Below are positions 1 through 8,080 of a DNA stretch of 63,018 nucleotides, in pieces. The position numbers and the translations under genes were made by a program. How positions within the stretch are numbered: the stretch's first letter is position 1; each line of letters opens with the position of its first letter. The notes beneath the pieces were generated by a model. It did no database searches. It was not told the origin of the DNA and saw only the letters and a program-made list of their open reading frames with translations. The DNA is from Candidatus Aegiribacteria sp. (GTDB lineage Bacteria > Fermentibacterota > Fermentibacteria > Fermentibacterales > JCC-6). The DNA lies in assembly GCA_021108435.1 (NCBI GenBank), contig JAIOQY010000170.1, forward strand, positions 1 to 63,018, written 5' to 3'.

Positions 1-49
1 GAGGCTTACTTCAGGAGGAGAAACCGCGGTTCGATCCTGCGTGGTCATC
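1..49 (+). tRNA. Possible 3' fragment of a tRNA or tRNA-like end, truncated by the window edge
   Basis: Positions 25-41 fold as a canonical T-arm: stem CGCGG/CTGCG (one G-U) around loop TTCGATC, matching the GGTTCGATCC consensus. A 7-nt acceptor 3' strand TGGTCAT and a discriminator C follow. No CCA is encoded. The anticodon arm cannot be reconstructed from the 24 nt upstream, so the identity is unknown. Confidence 0.35.
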
Positions 50-67
50 AGATAGCCTATCCATTTT

Positions 68-143
68 ATGGGGACACGCAGCAGAGCCTGCATGTCCCCA
101 TTGCGCTCTGGTGCATGTCCCCATTGGGCGATGTTTTGTCCCC
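68..143. repeat. Cluster of four TGTCCCC/GGGGACA heptamers, including a 14-nt direct repeat GCATGTCCCCATTG
   Basis: GGGGACA lies at 70-76. TGTCCCC lies at 93-99, 116-122 and 137-143, giving spacings of 23 and 21 nt. GCATGTCCCCATTG occurs at 90-103 and again at 113-126. Confidence 0.7.
70..99 (-). repeat. 30-nt palindromic hairpin element, copy 1 (12-bp stem, 6-nt loop), REP-like
   Basis: The plus strand reads GGGGACACGCAG-CAGAGC-CTGCATGTCCCC. Its reverse complement, GGGGACATGCAG-GCTCTG-CTGCGTGTCCCC, matches 54951-54980 at 28 of 30 positions. The two differences fall on the two sides of one stem pair. The element is fully paired (one G-U) only when read on the minus strand. Confidence 0.7.
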
Positions 144-149
144 GACTCC

Positions 150-179
150 TTGACGCATCATAGCCTATATCACTAGATT
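150..179 (+). promoter_or_regulatory. Candidate sigma-70-type promoter for rpsD
   Basis: TTGACG at 150-155, an 18-nt spacer, then TAGATT at 174-179, about 125 nt upstream of the rpsD ATG. Based on motif match only. Confidence 0.3.
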
Positions 180-305
180 TCAGCGTTATTACAAATTGCG
201 CCATAGTATTGATAACGGCTGTCAAAGTACAGTTCACCGGTGAGTACCGGTGAGGTTATCGTACCGCGATAAATTCGTGAGGCGCAGAGACACGGAGGTT
301 GCTTA

Positions 306-914
306 ATGTCAAGATACCGCGGTCCGAAACTCCGCAAGATCAGATCCCTTGGGCCACTGCCGGGACTTACTCGAAAAGAACCCGCAAACCAGAATCCACC
401 AGGAGAGCATGGCGGAAGATGGCACAGAAGGCGTGAATCCACTTACAGGCTTCAGTTGATAGAGAAACAGAAGATCCGATTCAATTATGGTCTTTCTGAG
501 AAACAGCTGCGCAGGTATTTCGCCAAAGCCGCGACCATGAAGGGTGAGACAGGTCATAACCTGCTTCAGCTTATCGAGCGCAGGCTGGACAATGTAGTGG
601 CAAGATCCGGTTTCGTGAGGTCAATACCCGCTTCTCGTCAGCTTGTTGCACACGGTCATGTTACCGTGAACGGAAGAAAAGTTGATATCCCTTCATTTTC
701 AGTGAAGGTTGGAGATGTTGTTTCTCTCAAGGAGAAAAGCAAGAAACTCAAGGTGGTTGAAGAAAACATAACCGAAGGGGCTGGAATCGGTATTCCTGCT
801 TTCATGGATGTTGATCCTACTGCAAGAAAAATCATCATGAAGATGCTTCCGTCAAGGGAAGATGTCCCGCTGGAAGTTGATGAAAGAATGGTTGTTGAGT
901 TCTACTCCAAATAG
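306..914 (+). CDS. rpsD: 30S ribosomal protein S4
   Basis: The N-terminus MSRYRGPKLRKIRSLG is typical of S4. The S4 RNA-binding domain is present (RRLDNVVARSGFVRSIPASRQLVAHGHVTVNGRKVDIPSFSVKVGDVV). Length is 202 aa. Confidence 0.95.
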   Translation: MSRYRGPKLRKIRSLGPLPGLTRKEPANQNPPGEHGGRWHRRRESTYRLQLIEKQKIRFNYGLSEKQLRRYFAKAATMKGETGHNLLQLIERRLDNVVARSGFVRSIPASRQLVAHGHVTVNGRKVDIPSFSVKVGDVVSLKEKSKKLKVVEENITEGAGIGIPAFMDVDPTARKIIMKMLPSREDVPLEVDERMVVEFYSK

Positions 915-945
915 AAGATTGTAATTAGCTCGCAAAGAGAGAGCC

Positions 946-981
946 CGTGGAGCGCTGACGCGCTCCACGAGCTATTTTTTT
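946..981. terminator. Rho-independent terminator between convergent rpsD and the lipoprotein gene
   Basis: A perfect 10-bp stem CGTGGAGCGC (946-955) / GCGCTCCACG (960-969) with loop TGAC is followed by AGCTATTTTTTTA on the plus strand. Confidence 0.65.
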
Positions 982-1672
982 ATTCCATGTCCATGTAATC
1001 AAGAGTGACAAACCAGTAATATCCGTCGACATCGACCTCAACATCCCAGAGGGTGTATGTGTCGCCGTCTTCATCCTCGACGCGGATGTCGTAGGATCCT
1101 GGATCAACCCATACTGTGATTTCATCATCCTGTGCAAGGGTTTCGATACCGAGACAGTCATCGCCCCATGCATCACTTTCCGATGGGTCAACGTAGACAA
1201 AGAAGATATCCCATTCGCCGAGATTATTGGTTATTACAACAGGTGCGCTACCCTCACCTGTTTCAAGGATGAGCTGCTCACCGAATTCCTCTTCATCCCA
1301 TCCGGTGTCAATATCTTCCAGGGTTACATTCCAGATGTAACCTTCAGGTCCTATCTCAACCTGCCAGAGAGTATAGGTATCGAGGTCTTCATCTGTAACC
1401 ATTATATCCCATGAGCCCTCGGTGATCTCAAGTGTAAATGATTCACCCGGAGCGAGTATTTCATCCTCACCGAGTTTATCTTCACCCCAAGGAGAATCAG
1501 AAGGGTCAATCAGTATGGAATAGATATTCCATGCTTCAAGTCCATTAGTAATTGTAATTTCCGGTAATGTTTCCTGCTCCGGAGCCTGAACTTCTGCTTC
1601 CTGTTCCTGCTGACCGCAACCCGCAATCATTACGAGAGCGAAAATTCCCAGCAGAACTGCTGCTTTCCTCAT
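980..1672 (-). CDS. Highly acidic lipoprotein with two tandem ~85-aa repeat domains, function unknown
   Basis: Lipoprotein signal MRKAAVLLGIFALVMIAGCG. Two internal repeats share ITN-L--W-I...DPS-S-WG-D-LG...GS-DI-V-DED-DTYTLW-VE...GY-W-VTL. Confidence 0.7.
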   Translation of the reverse strand: MRKAAVLLGIFALVMIAGCGQQEQEAEVQAPEQETLPEITITNGLEAWNIYSILIDPSDSPWGEDKLGEDEILAPGESFTLEITEGSWDIMVTDEDLDTYTLWQVEIGPEGYIWNVTLEDIDTGWDEEEFGEQLILETGEGSAPVVITNNLGEWDIFFVYVDPSESDAWGDDCLGIETLAQDDEITVWVDPGSYDIRVEDEDGDTYTLWDVEVDVDGYYWFVTLDYMDME

Positions 1673-1762
1673 CAGGTATTTCCTCCTGTCATATTTTCCG
1701 GTTTACCGAACCGGTACGGTATTCAGTTATGAATATTTCTCAGTAAAAAAGTGAATTGGGAA

Positions 1763-2230
1763 TTAATAAATATCCCCGTGTTCTACAAATTTGAAATAAG
1801 ATCCTTCAAAAGCTCTGTCCAGACCATTTCTGCACAACTGCTCAAGGTCAAGCTTCCATATTCCATCCTCCAGAAGCATGGTATACTCCATTGATGAAAC
1901 TGTAACAGTTGCTTTGTTTCCCTGCACGAAAATAGTAGTTACATTCCCATTAAGGTTAATATATTCATTATACATCACGGAAAGGAGGTCAGATCCGGAA
2001 GTATATTCTGTTAGTCCCTGCTGCTCCAGATCCTCAGCAATCGTGTCAAGGAAATCCATTGTAGAGCAACTCACCATATCAGCCGCGCTATTCCAGTCTG
2101 CATCCTCGAAACACTGAATTGTCGAATTGAAGGCAGAAAGAACCTCTTTTTGTTTCGATGACCACCCGCAGGAAGCAGCGGCACATAACAATGAAATGAA
2201 TAACAGATTGAGAAAGAATGCTTTTCTCAC
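1763..2230 (-). CDS. Hypothetical lipoprotein
   Basis: The ORF is open to 2260. An in-frame GTG at 2230 is preceded by GGAAGGA and yields MRKAFFLNLLFISLLCAAASCGW, a classical signal peptide with a lipobox Cys. No recognisable domain. Confidence 0.55.
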   Translation of the reverse strand: MRKAFFLNLLFISLLCAAASCGWSSKQKEVLSAFNSTIQCFEDADWNSAADMVSCSTMDFLDTIAEDLEQQGLTEYTSGSDLLSVMYNEYINLNGNVTTIFVQGNKATVTVSSMEYTMLLEDGIWKLDLEQLCRNGLDRAFEGSYFKFVEHGDIY

Positions 2231-2359
2231 ATTATCCTTCCGATAGACCAATATATACACTATAGTCTGTCAGATGAAGCTGCCCGCGTCAATTGCCTCT
2301 GCTGTTTCTCATATGATATCGTGTTATTATTCATGAAAACCTTCGGGGAGGTTTACTCG

Positions 2360-3244
2360 ATGGCGGAAATTGCTGAAAAAGAAGCTCAGTTGAAATTTCC
2401 ATGGACTGGAGAGCTTGACTCGGTTACCGGAATTCCACCAAGAAATGCTCTGGATCACAATCTTCCTCTGCTGCTTCGCTTAATGGGACAAGAAGCCATG
2501 CCTCTGTCGGTAATTATGATTGATATAGATCATTTCAAGAATTTCAATGATCGATGGGGGCATGATATCGGAGATCGAGTTCTCAGACATGTATGCGGTA
2601 TTATCAGAAAAACAGTCAAGTATAGAGGAGAAGCTTACAGATACGGTGGTGAAGAGATAACCATTCTTCTTCCGAATGCATCTAGAGATGAAGCTATGGC
2701 TACTGCGGAGCATATTCGCGAACTAATATTCGGGAATCCGCTTGAATCAACCGACGGAACTTCCACGGAATCCTCAGAGGTTCCACTTGCTGTGACCGTC
2801 TCTCTTGGAGTCAGCACATTTCCGGATGTTGCCGGCAGCGAACTTCTTGTTGCTGCTGATCAAGCTCTATATGTCGCGAAAAGGGAGGGGAGGAACAGGG
2901 CGGTATTCTTTGACAGCACCGACAGAGATGACAGTTCTGCAGTTACTGTGAATGTAAGATTTCCAGAATCTTCATCCATCAGCGAGGGAAGTTACATAAT
3001 TCTAACCAGGTGGTTCAGGCATAGAGGTGAATTAACTGAGATTGAAGCCAGAGAGATATCAGATCCCGGCAGAGGAGTCAGGGAATTTGCTGAAGGTCCC
3101 GTTCCGCCAGGCGGCCCTGTAACCGCAGAGATCCGGGGGAGAGTAACTGCCGTGGAACGGCGCGGTAACTGTACATTCTTCAGTTTTGAAGTAGAGGCAG
3201 AAGTTCTCAATCTGATGTTTCATCATCTGAGAGATCGGGAGTAA
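2360..3244 (+). CDS. GGDEF-domain diguanylate cyclase with an uncharacterised ~110-aa C-terminal domain
   Basis: DIDHFKNFNDRWGHDIGDRVL, an active-site YGGEEI (GGEEF-type) motif, and LYVAKREGRNR. The start was chosen at ATG 2360 because GGGGAGG lies 8 nt upstream; the ORF is open from GTG 2321. Confidence 0.85.
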   Translation: MAEIAEKEAQLKFPWTGELDSVTGIPPRNALDHNLPLLLRLMGQEAMPLSVIMIDIDHFKNFNDRWGHDIGDRVLRHVCGIIRKTVKYRGEAYRYGGEEITILLPNASRDEAMATAEHIRELIFGNPLESTDGTSTESSEVPLAVTVSLGVSTFPDVAGSELLVAADQALYVAKREGRNRAVFFDSTDRDDSSAVTVNVRFPESSSISEGSYIILTRWFRHRGELTEIEAREISDPGRGVREFAEGPVPPGGPVTAEIRGRVTAVERRGNCTFFSFEVEAEVLNLMFHHLRDRE

Positions 3245-4716
3245 TGAGTTCCATTGTCTGCGGTGCGGCATGGACTGGACCGAATGATCGGCTTCTTCCG
3301 GCATCCCTGATCGAATTCTCCGAAGGGAGGATCACCGGTATTTCTTCTGCTCCCGATACAGAATCGAATCTTTTCATTATCCCCGCATTCGTTGACGCTC
3401 ACTGCCACTTCACATGGTCTGGACTCCAGGGTCTTTACCTTGATCTGGAGTCTGCCGGATCTTCCGGTGATTTTCTGGAGATGCTTGCATCCGAAGTAAA
3501 GGATGAAAAGACCGGAGGAATTCTCAGAGGATGTAACTTTGATGAAAGCCTGTGGTCGGATTCCGGACTTCCTTCACTTGCGGAACTGGATGCTGTAACA
3601 GGAGAACGGCCGATTTTCATCAGAAGGGTCTGCTGTCATAAGGCTCTTGTGAATACGGCGATGTTAAAGATGCTGCCATCCGGTTGCGAAGGTGTTGACT
3701 GGAGTTCAGGTGTTATCCGTGAAGGAATTATTGTTGGATTTGAGAATCTGTACCAGCCTGAACCACAAATTCTGAGAGAGGCAGCACTCCTTGCTGCCAA
3801 GCTTTGCTATTCATCCGGTGTCACTGCTGTATACAGTTTCGAACATTTATTCTCGATAGAGGCTCTTGCCCGGAACAAACCCACTGTGAGAATGTCAGTT
3901 TCTGTATTCGGAGAAGACTCGGAAATACTTGAGAAAGCTATGAAGGACGAATCAATTGACCTTTCCCGTTTGCGTGGACTGAAGTTCTTTCTTGATGGAT
4001 CACTCGGGGCAAAGACAGCTGCCGTGAGCGGTACATATATTGATGGAACTGTCATGAATCCGCTTATGAATGATGAACAGGTACTTGAATGTCTCCTGCT
4101 TTCAGACAGGCTCGGGCTTACACCTTCCTTTCATGCTATCGGCGCGAGAGCACTGACGCAGATTGACAGGACAGGCACGCTCTATTTTGAGAAAACCGGG
4201 CTGAATGGAATTCAAGAGATAAGAGTGGAACATGCGGAGGAACTTCTTCCAGCATGGCCGGGAAACTGGGATCCATCCATGTACTCATTCATAATGCAGC
4301 CGAATTTTGTGAAGAGGTGGCAGCAGGGTGGGGGATTGTATGAAAAAGCACTCGGCAGAGAACGAGCTCTGAAACTGAACCCGTTCGGACTTCTTGAGCG
4401 GTCGGGGTTCTCTCTAGGTTTCAGCAGTGACGGCATGCCATTCGGGCCTCTCAGAGGTCTTCAGGGAGCAACGGATCATCCTTCTGATGAATTCAGGCTT
4501 GACATCGATACGGCTCTTAATGCTTATACTCTTGGAGCAGCATCAGTATGTGGTTTTGATGATCTTTCCCTGCGCCTTGGCAAAGGAAGGATAGCTGATA
4601 TAACAGTATTGTCCGATAACCCTTTCAGAACCGCATGGGATGATATTCACGTTGTGGCCACTTTTCAGAACGGTGAGCTTGTATATGGATCGTCTGATAT
4701 TCTGGAGGAAATATGA
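3244..4716 (+). CDS. Metal-dependent amidohydrolase family protein (Amidohydro_3 / YtcJ-like)
   Basis: N-terminal metal-ligand HxH motif in IPAFVDAHCHF. Length is 490 aa with the amidohydrolase-like C-terminal GFSSDG region. The TAATG overlaps the upstream stop. Confidence 0.7.
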   Translation: MSSIVCGAAWTGPNDRLLPASLIEFSEGRITGISSAPDTESNLFIIPAFVDAHCHFTWSGLQGLYLDLESAGSSGDFLEMLASEVKDEKTGGILRGCNFDESLWSDSGLPSLAELDAVTGERPIFIRRVCCHKALVNTAMLKMLPSGCEGVDWSSGVIREGIIVGFENLYQPEPQILREAALLAAKLCYSSGVTAVYSFEHLFSIEALARNKPTVRMSVSVFGEDSEILEKAMKDESIDLSRLRGLKFFLDGSLGAKTAAVSGTYIDGTVMNPLMNDEQVLECLLLSDRLGLTPSFHAIGARALTQIDRTGTLYFEKTGLNGIQEIRVEHAEELLPAWPGNWDPSMYSFIMQPNFVKRWQQGGGLYEKALGRERALKLNPFGLLERSGFSLGFSSDGMPFGPLRGLQGATDHPSDEFRLDIDTALNAYTLGAASVCGFDDLSLRLGKGRIADITVLSDNPFRTAWDDIHVVATFQNGELVYGSSDILEEI

Positions 4717-5594
4717 CCAAATCGGTAGACTGGTCAGATCATGTTTCAGTAGGAGAATTCATTGTACGGAATGCGCTTTTGGAAGATGCTGTGCAGAATG
4801 ATATTACAACCGATGTTCTGGAACCTGACAAAAATGATCTGCAGACCTGCATGGTAGTCCCCCGCGAGGGTCTTATAGTGGCAGGCTGGTTTCTGGTTAA
4901 TCAGGTTTTTGACTCAATTGCTTTGATGTTTCGATGCCGCCCGATCGAGTACGTACAGTATATCAAGGATGGATCATCTGCCTCCTCCGGGGAATCACTG
5001 GGACATTTGAGAGGTTCAGCGGGGGTTCTATTGAGAGGAGAGAGAGTTGCCCTGAATCTGCTTTCCCATCTCTCAGGGATTGCTACCCTTACATCAAAAT
5101 ATGTTCTTGCGGTACAGGGAACCGGAGTAGAAATCCTTGACACGAGGAAAACCACCCCCTGTCTCAGAGCACTCGAGAAATACGCTGTAAAAGTTGGAGG
5201 AGGCGTCAATCATAGATTTGACCTGTCAGAACTTGCAATGATCAAGGATAACCATATTGCTGTTGCCGGTGGCGCGGGAAACCTTCACACCATAATTATG
5301 AAACTTCGGAAAAAAAGCCTGCCTGTAGAAATTGAAGTTGATTCGCTGAATCAGCTCAAGTATGTGCTTCTCGAAAGACCGGAAAGAATCCTTCTGGACA
5401 ATATGACGCCGGGTATTTTAAGGGACGCGGTCAGTATTGCATCAGGAAGCGGCTGCTATCTTGAGGCATCCGGAGGAATTACATTGAAAAACATTCGTGA
5501 AATCGCTGAAACAGGAGTTGATGGAATATCCTCCGGAACTCTGACACATTCGGCGAAATCCGCGGATATAGGATTTGATTGGAAGAGTAAATGA
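4713..5594 (+). CDS. nadC: Nicotinate-nucleotide (quinolinate) pyrophosphorylase
   Basis: ERVALNLLSHLSGIATLT, LDTRKTTPCLRALEKYAVKVGGGVNHR, MIKDNHI, LLDNM and EASGGITLKNIREIAETGVDGISSG. Confidence 0.9.
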   Translation: MTKSVDWSDHVSVGEFIVRNALLEDAVQNDITTDVLEPDKNDLQTCMVVPREGLIVAGWFLVNQVFDSIALMFRCRPIEYVQYIKDGSSASSGESLGHLRGSAGVLLRGERVALNLLSHLSGIATLTSKYVLAVQGTGVEILDTRKTTPCLRALEKYAVKVGGGVNHRFDLSELAMIKDNHIAVAGGAGNLHTIIMKLRKKSLPVEIEVDSLNQLKYVLLERPERILLDNMTPGILRDAVSIASGSGCYLEASGGITLKNIREIAETGVDGISSGTLTHSAKSADIGFDWKSK

Positions 5595-6352
5595 AAAGGC
5601 TGGTTCTTGATATAGGAAACACCCGGACATCGGTCGGTGTGTTTGTAGATCGAATTCTTGATGTCCAGTGGAGAATAACAACCACGCACTGGACCGCTGA
5701 TGACCTCTGGGTAATACTGAGATCACTTCTTAAGACAGATGACTGCGATCTGCCTGACAGAGTAGCTTTTGCCTGTGTAGTTCCGCAGGTGAGACATTCC
5801 GTCCGCATTCTATCCAGACGGTATATTGGTGTTGAAGCTCTAGAAGTAACTCAGGATTCATCCGGAATTGCGATCGATTACAGATTCCCCCATGAAATAG
5901 GTGCTGACAGACTTGCCAACGCAGCTGGAGCTATAGCACTCGGGACGCCACCCGCGATAATTGCGGATTTTGGTACTGCAACGACATTCGATGTGATAAA
6001 CGGGGACGGCACCTACCTTGGCGGAGCTATAGCACCAGGAGTTGGTACTGCTGCTGGAGAGCTTTTCAAGAAGGCTGAGAAACTCAATCCAGTTGATCTT
6101 GAGTTTCCTGAATCCCCGCTTGGTCAAAGCACATCCGAGGCTGTCTGTTCCGGAGTTCTTCTGGGAGCTGTTGGAGCTGCGGATTACATTGTTGATAAAC
6201 TGAAGAGTACGGTTGAAGGTATTCCGGAATTATGGGCAACAGGAGGATGGGCGCCTGGAATTGCAGGGAAATGCAGAAATAATTTCAGAGTATATCCGGA
6301 ACTTACTCTTGTGGGAATTGACCGTATAGGTGAAAGGGCAGAAAATGAATGA
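5591..6352 (+). CDS. coaX: Type III pantothenate kinase
   Basis: LVLDIGNTRTSVGVF, IGADRLANAAGA, IIADFGTATTFDVI and YLGGAIAPGV. Confidence 0.9.
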   Translation: MKRLVLDIGNTRTSVGVFVDRILDVQWRITTTHWTADDLWVILRSLLKTDDCDLPDRVAFACVVPQVRHSVRILSRRYIGVEALEVTQDSSGIAIDYRFPHEIGADRLANAAGAIALGTPPAIIADFGTATTFDVINGDGTYLGGAIAPGVGTAAGELFKKAEKLNPVDLEFPESPLGQSTSEAVCSGVLLGAVGAADYIVDKLKSTVEGIPELWATGGWAPGIAGKCRNNFRVYPELTLVGIDRIGERAENE

Positions 6353-6890
6353 GAGAATATTACTTGGAATAACTGCGAGTGCGGCTGCTTTCAAAGGAGT
6401 TGCTCTTGCCTCTCTTCTGCGGAAGGAGGGTTACGAAGTTGACGGAATACTATCAATGAACGCATTGAAATTCGTTTCAGATACACAGCTTGCATGTGTT
6501 ACAGGAAGACCTGTATTCAGCACTCTCTTTACCGATCAGCCGGGTGATCCAGTACCCCATATATCTCTTACCGAAGAATGCTCGCTTCTGGTTGTAGTGC
6601 CGGCAACGGCAGATTATATCGCGAAAACTGCAAACGGTATTGCTGATGATCTTCTAACCTCGGTATTTCTCGCTAATGAAGCACCGGTTGTGATGGCTCC
6701 CTCAATGAACACCAGAATGTGGTGTAATCCCGCTACAGTTGAGAATGTATCGAAGTTGAGAAATCGTGGTATTACCTTCGCAGGTCCCTTAAAAGGTCGT
6801 CTTGCGTGCGGGACAATGGGGGAGGGCAGGATGATGGAACCAGTGGAAATACTGTCGATCTGCCTGAGGATGCTTTCCGGTAAAAACTGA
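6345..6890 (+). CDS. coaC: Stand-alone phosphopantothenoylcysteine decarboxylase-type flavoprotein (CoaC domain only)
   Basis: VVPATADYIAKTANGIADDLLT, APSMNTRMW, and the substrate clamp GRLACGTMGEGRMMEP. About 180 aa with no CoaB (synthetase) half. ATG 6345 was chosen; the ORF is open from GTG 6330. Confidence 0.75.
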   Translation: MNERILLGITASAAAFKGVALASLLRKEGYEVDGILSMNALKFVSDTQLACVTGRPVFSTLFTDQPGDPVPHISLTEECSLLVVVPATADYIAKTANGIADDLLTSVFLANEAPVVMAPSMNTRMWCNPATVENVSKLRNRGITFAGPLKGRLACGTMGEGRMMEPVEILSICLRMLSGKN

Positions 6891-6891
6891 C

Positions 6892-7938
6892 ATGGATCCA
6901 TTACCTACTCTGAAATGGACTGGTGATTCGCTTCGTCTGCTTGATCAGCGTGAACTGCCCGGCAGCGAAGTGTATATTGATTGCAGGGATATAGAATCTC
7001 TTGTTTCCGCTATCAGGACTCTTGCAGTCAGAGGAGCGCCTGCTATCGGAATAGCTGCAGCTTACGGAGCAGTACTTGCAGCGATAACTACAGATTCCGG
7101 TCCTGGTTTCAGAGAGGGATTTAAGGCGAAACTTAACAAACTGGCGGGAACCAGGCCTACCGCTGTGAATCTTTTCCACTGTATTGAGATACAACAGGAT
7201 GTCTTCCGCAAAACGATCTCCAGAGAAGACGCAATTGAGGCTCTTCTTGAATCGGCTGATAATCTCCTTGTAGAAGATCTGGACGCCAGCCGGAGTATAG
7301 GGCGCCTTGGAGCTGAACTGCTGAAACCCGATTCAGCAGTTTTAACCCATTGTAATGCGGGCGGACTGGCCACAGCCGGGCTTGGTACCGCTCTTGCAGT
7401 CATTTATGAAGCATGGGATCGCGGTCTCTTAAGGAAGGTCTACGCTGACGAGACACGACCTCTTCTGCAGGGTGCCAGATTGACATCCTGGGAACTTGCT
7501 CGTACCGGTATTCCTGTTGATGTCCTTCCGGATTCCGCTGCAGCTTCACTTATACGTGACGGCAGGATTGACGCAGTGATAGTCGGAAGTGACCGGATTG
7601 TCGCGAATGGAGACATCGCGAATAAGATCGGCACATATCCGCTGGCACTTGCGGCATCAGAACATGGAGTTCCATTCTATGTAGCTGCTCCTCTTTCGAC
7701 CTTTGATCCTTCAACAAAAACAGGTGCGGAAATCGTCATTGAACAAAGAAGCAGGGCTGAACTTTCATCATTTGGAGAGAGGCAGCTGCTTCCGGAGAGT
7801 GCGGGATATTGGAATCCTGCGTTTGATGTTACTCCGGCAGCCCTGATAACTGCAATTATCTGCGAGAAAGGTGTTGTCTCACCTCCATACGGAAAGACTG
7901 TGAGAAGCATTCTGGATGGAGTTGACATGTTTCTGTAA
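6892..7938 (+). CDS. mtnA: S-methyl-5-thioribose-1-phosphate isomerase (eIF-2B alpha/beta/delta family)
   Basis: LRLLDQRELPG, VRGAPAIGIAAAYG, THCNAGGLATAG, ADETRPLLQGARLTSWEL and VGSDRIVANGDIANKIGTY. Confidence 0.85.
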   Translation: MDPLPTLKWTGDSLRLLDQRELPGSEVYIDCRDIESLVSAIRTLAVRGAPAIGIAAAYGAVLAAITTDSGPGFREGFKAKLNKLAGTRPTAVNLFHCIEIQQDVFRKTISREDAIEALLESADNLLVEDLDASRSIGRLGAELLKPDSAVLTHCNAGGLATAGLGTALAVIYEAWDRGLLRKVYADETRPLLQGARLTSWELARTGIPVDVLPDSAAASLIRDGRIDAVIVGSDRIVANGDIANKIGTYPLALAASEHGVPFYVAAPLSTFDPSTKTGAEIVIEQRSRAELSSFGERQLLPESAGYWNPAFDVTPAALITAIICEKGVVSPPYGKTVRSILDGVDMFL

Positions 7939-8080
7939 GTAGGGTACACTAACCTTGTCAAAATCGCGGATTAAGAGAGAACTTGTCTGATCAAGTTCGA
8001 TAACGAATATTACCGGATGCGAATCATGATCAGATACTATAAAATCAGCGTGTGTAGGGATTCTGTGTAAGGAGGTACTT

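Noticed and set aside
1-49. Idea that the tRNA-like fragment is tRNA-Sec (a TCA triplet at 11-13) linked to a [NiFeSe] hydrogenase
   Set aside because: No anticodon stem can be folded around that triplet from the available bases. The hydrogenase large subunit has Cys codons, not TGA, at the relevant positions.
173-442. 89-aa minus-strand ORF overlapping the rpsD start
   Set aside because: It is antisense to rpsD and its leader, with no motif support.
7939-8080. Search for a CIRCE/HrcA operator upstream of dnaK
   Set aside because: There is no TTAGCACTC-N9-GAGTGCTAA-like inverted repeat; I saw only generic AT-rich promoter-like hexamers.
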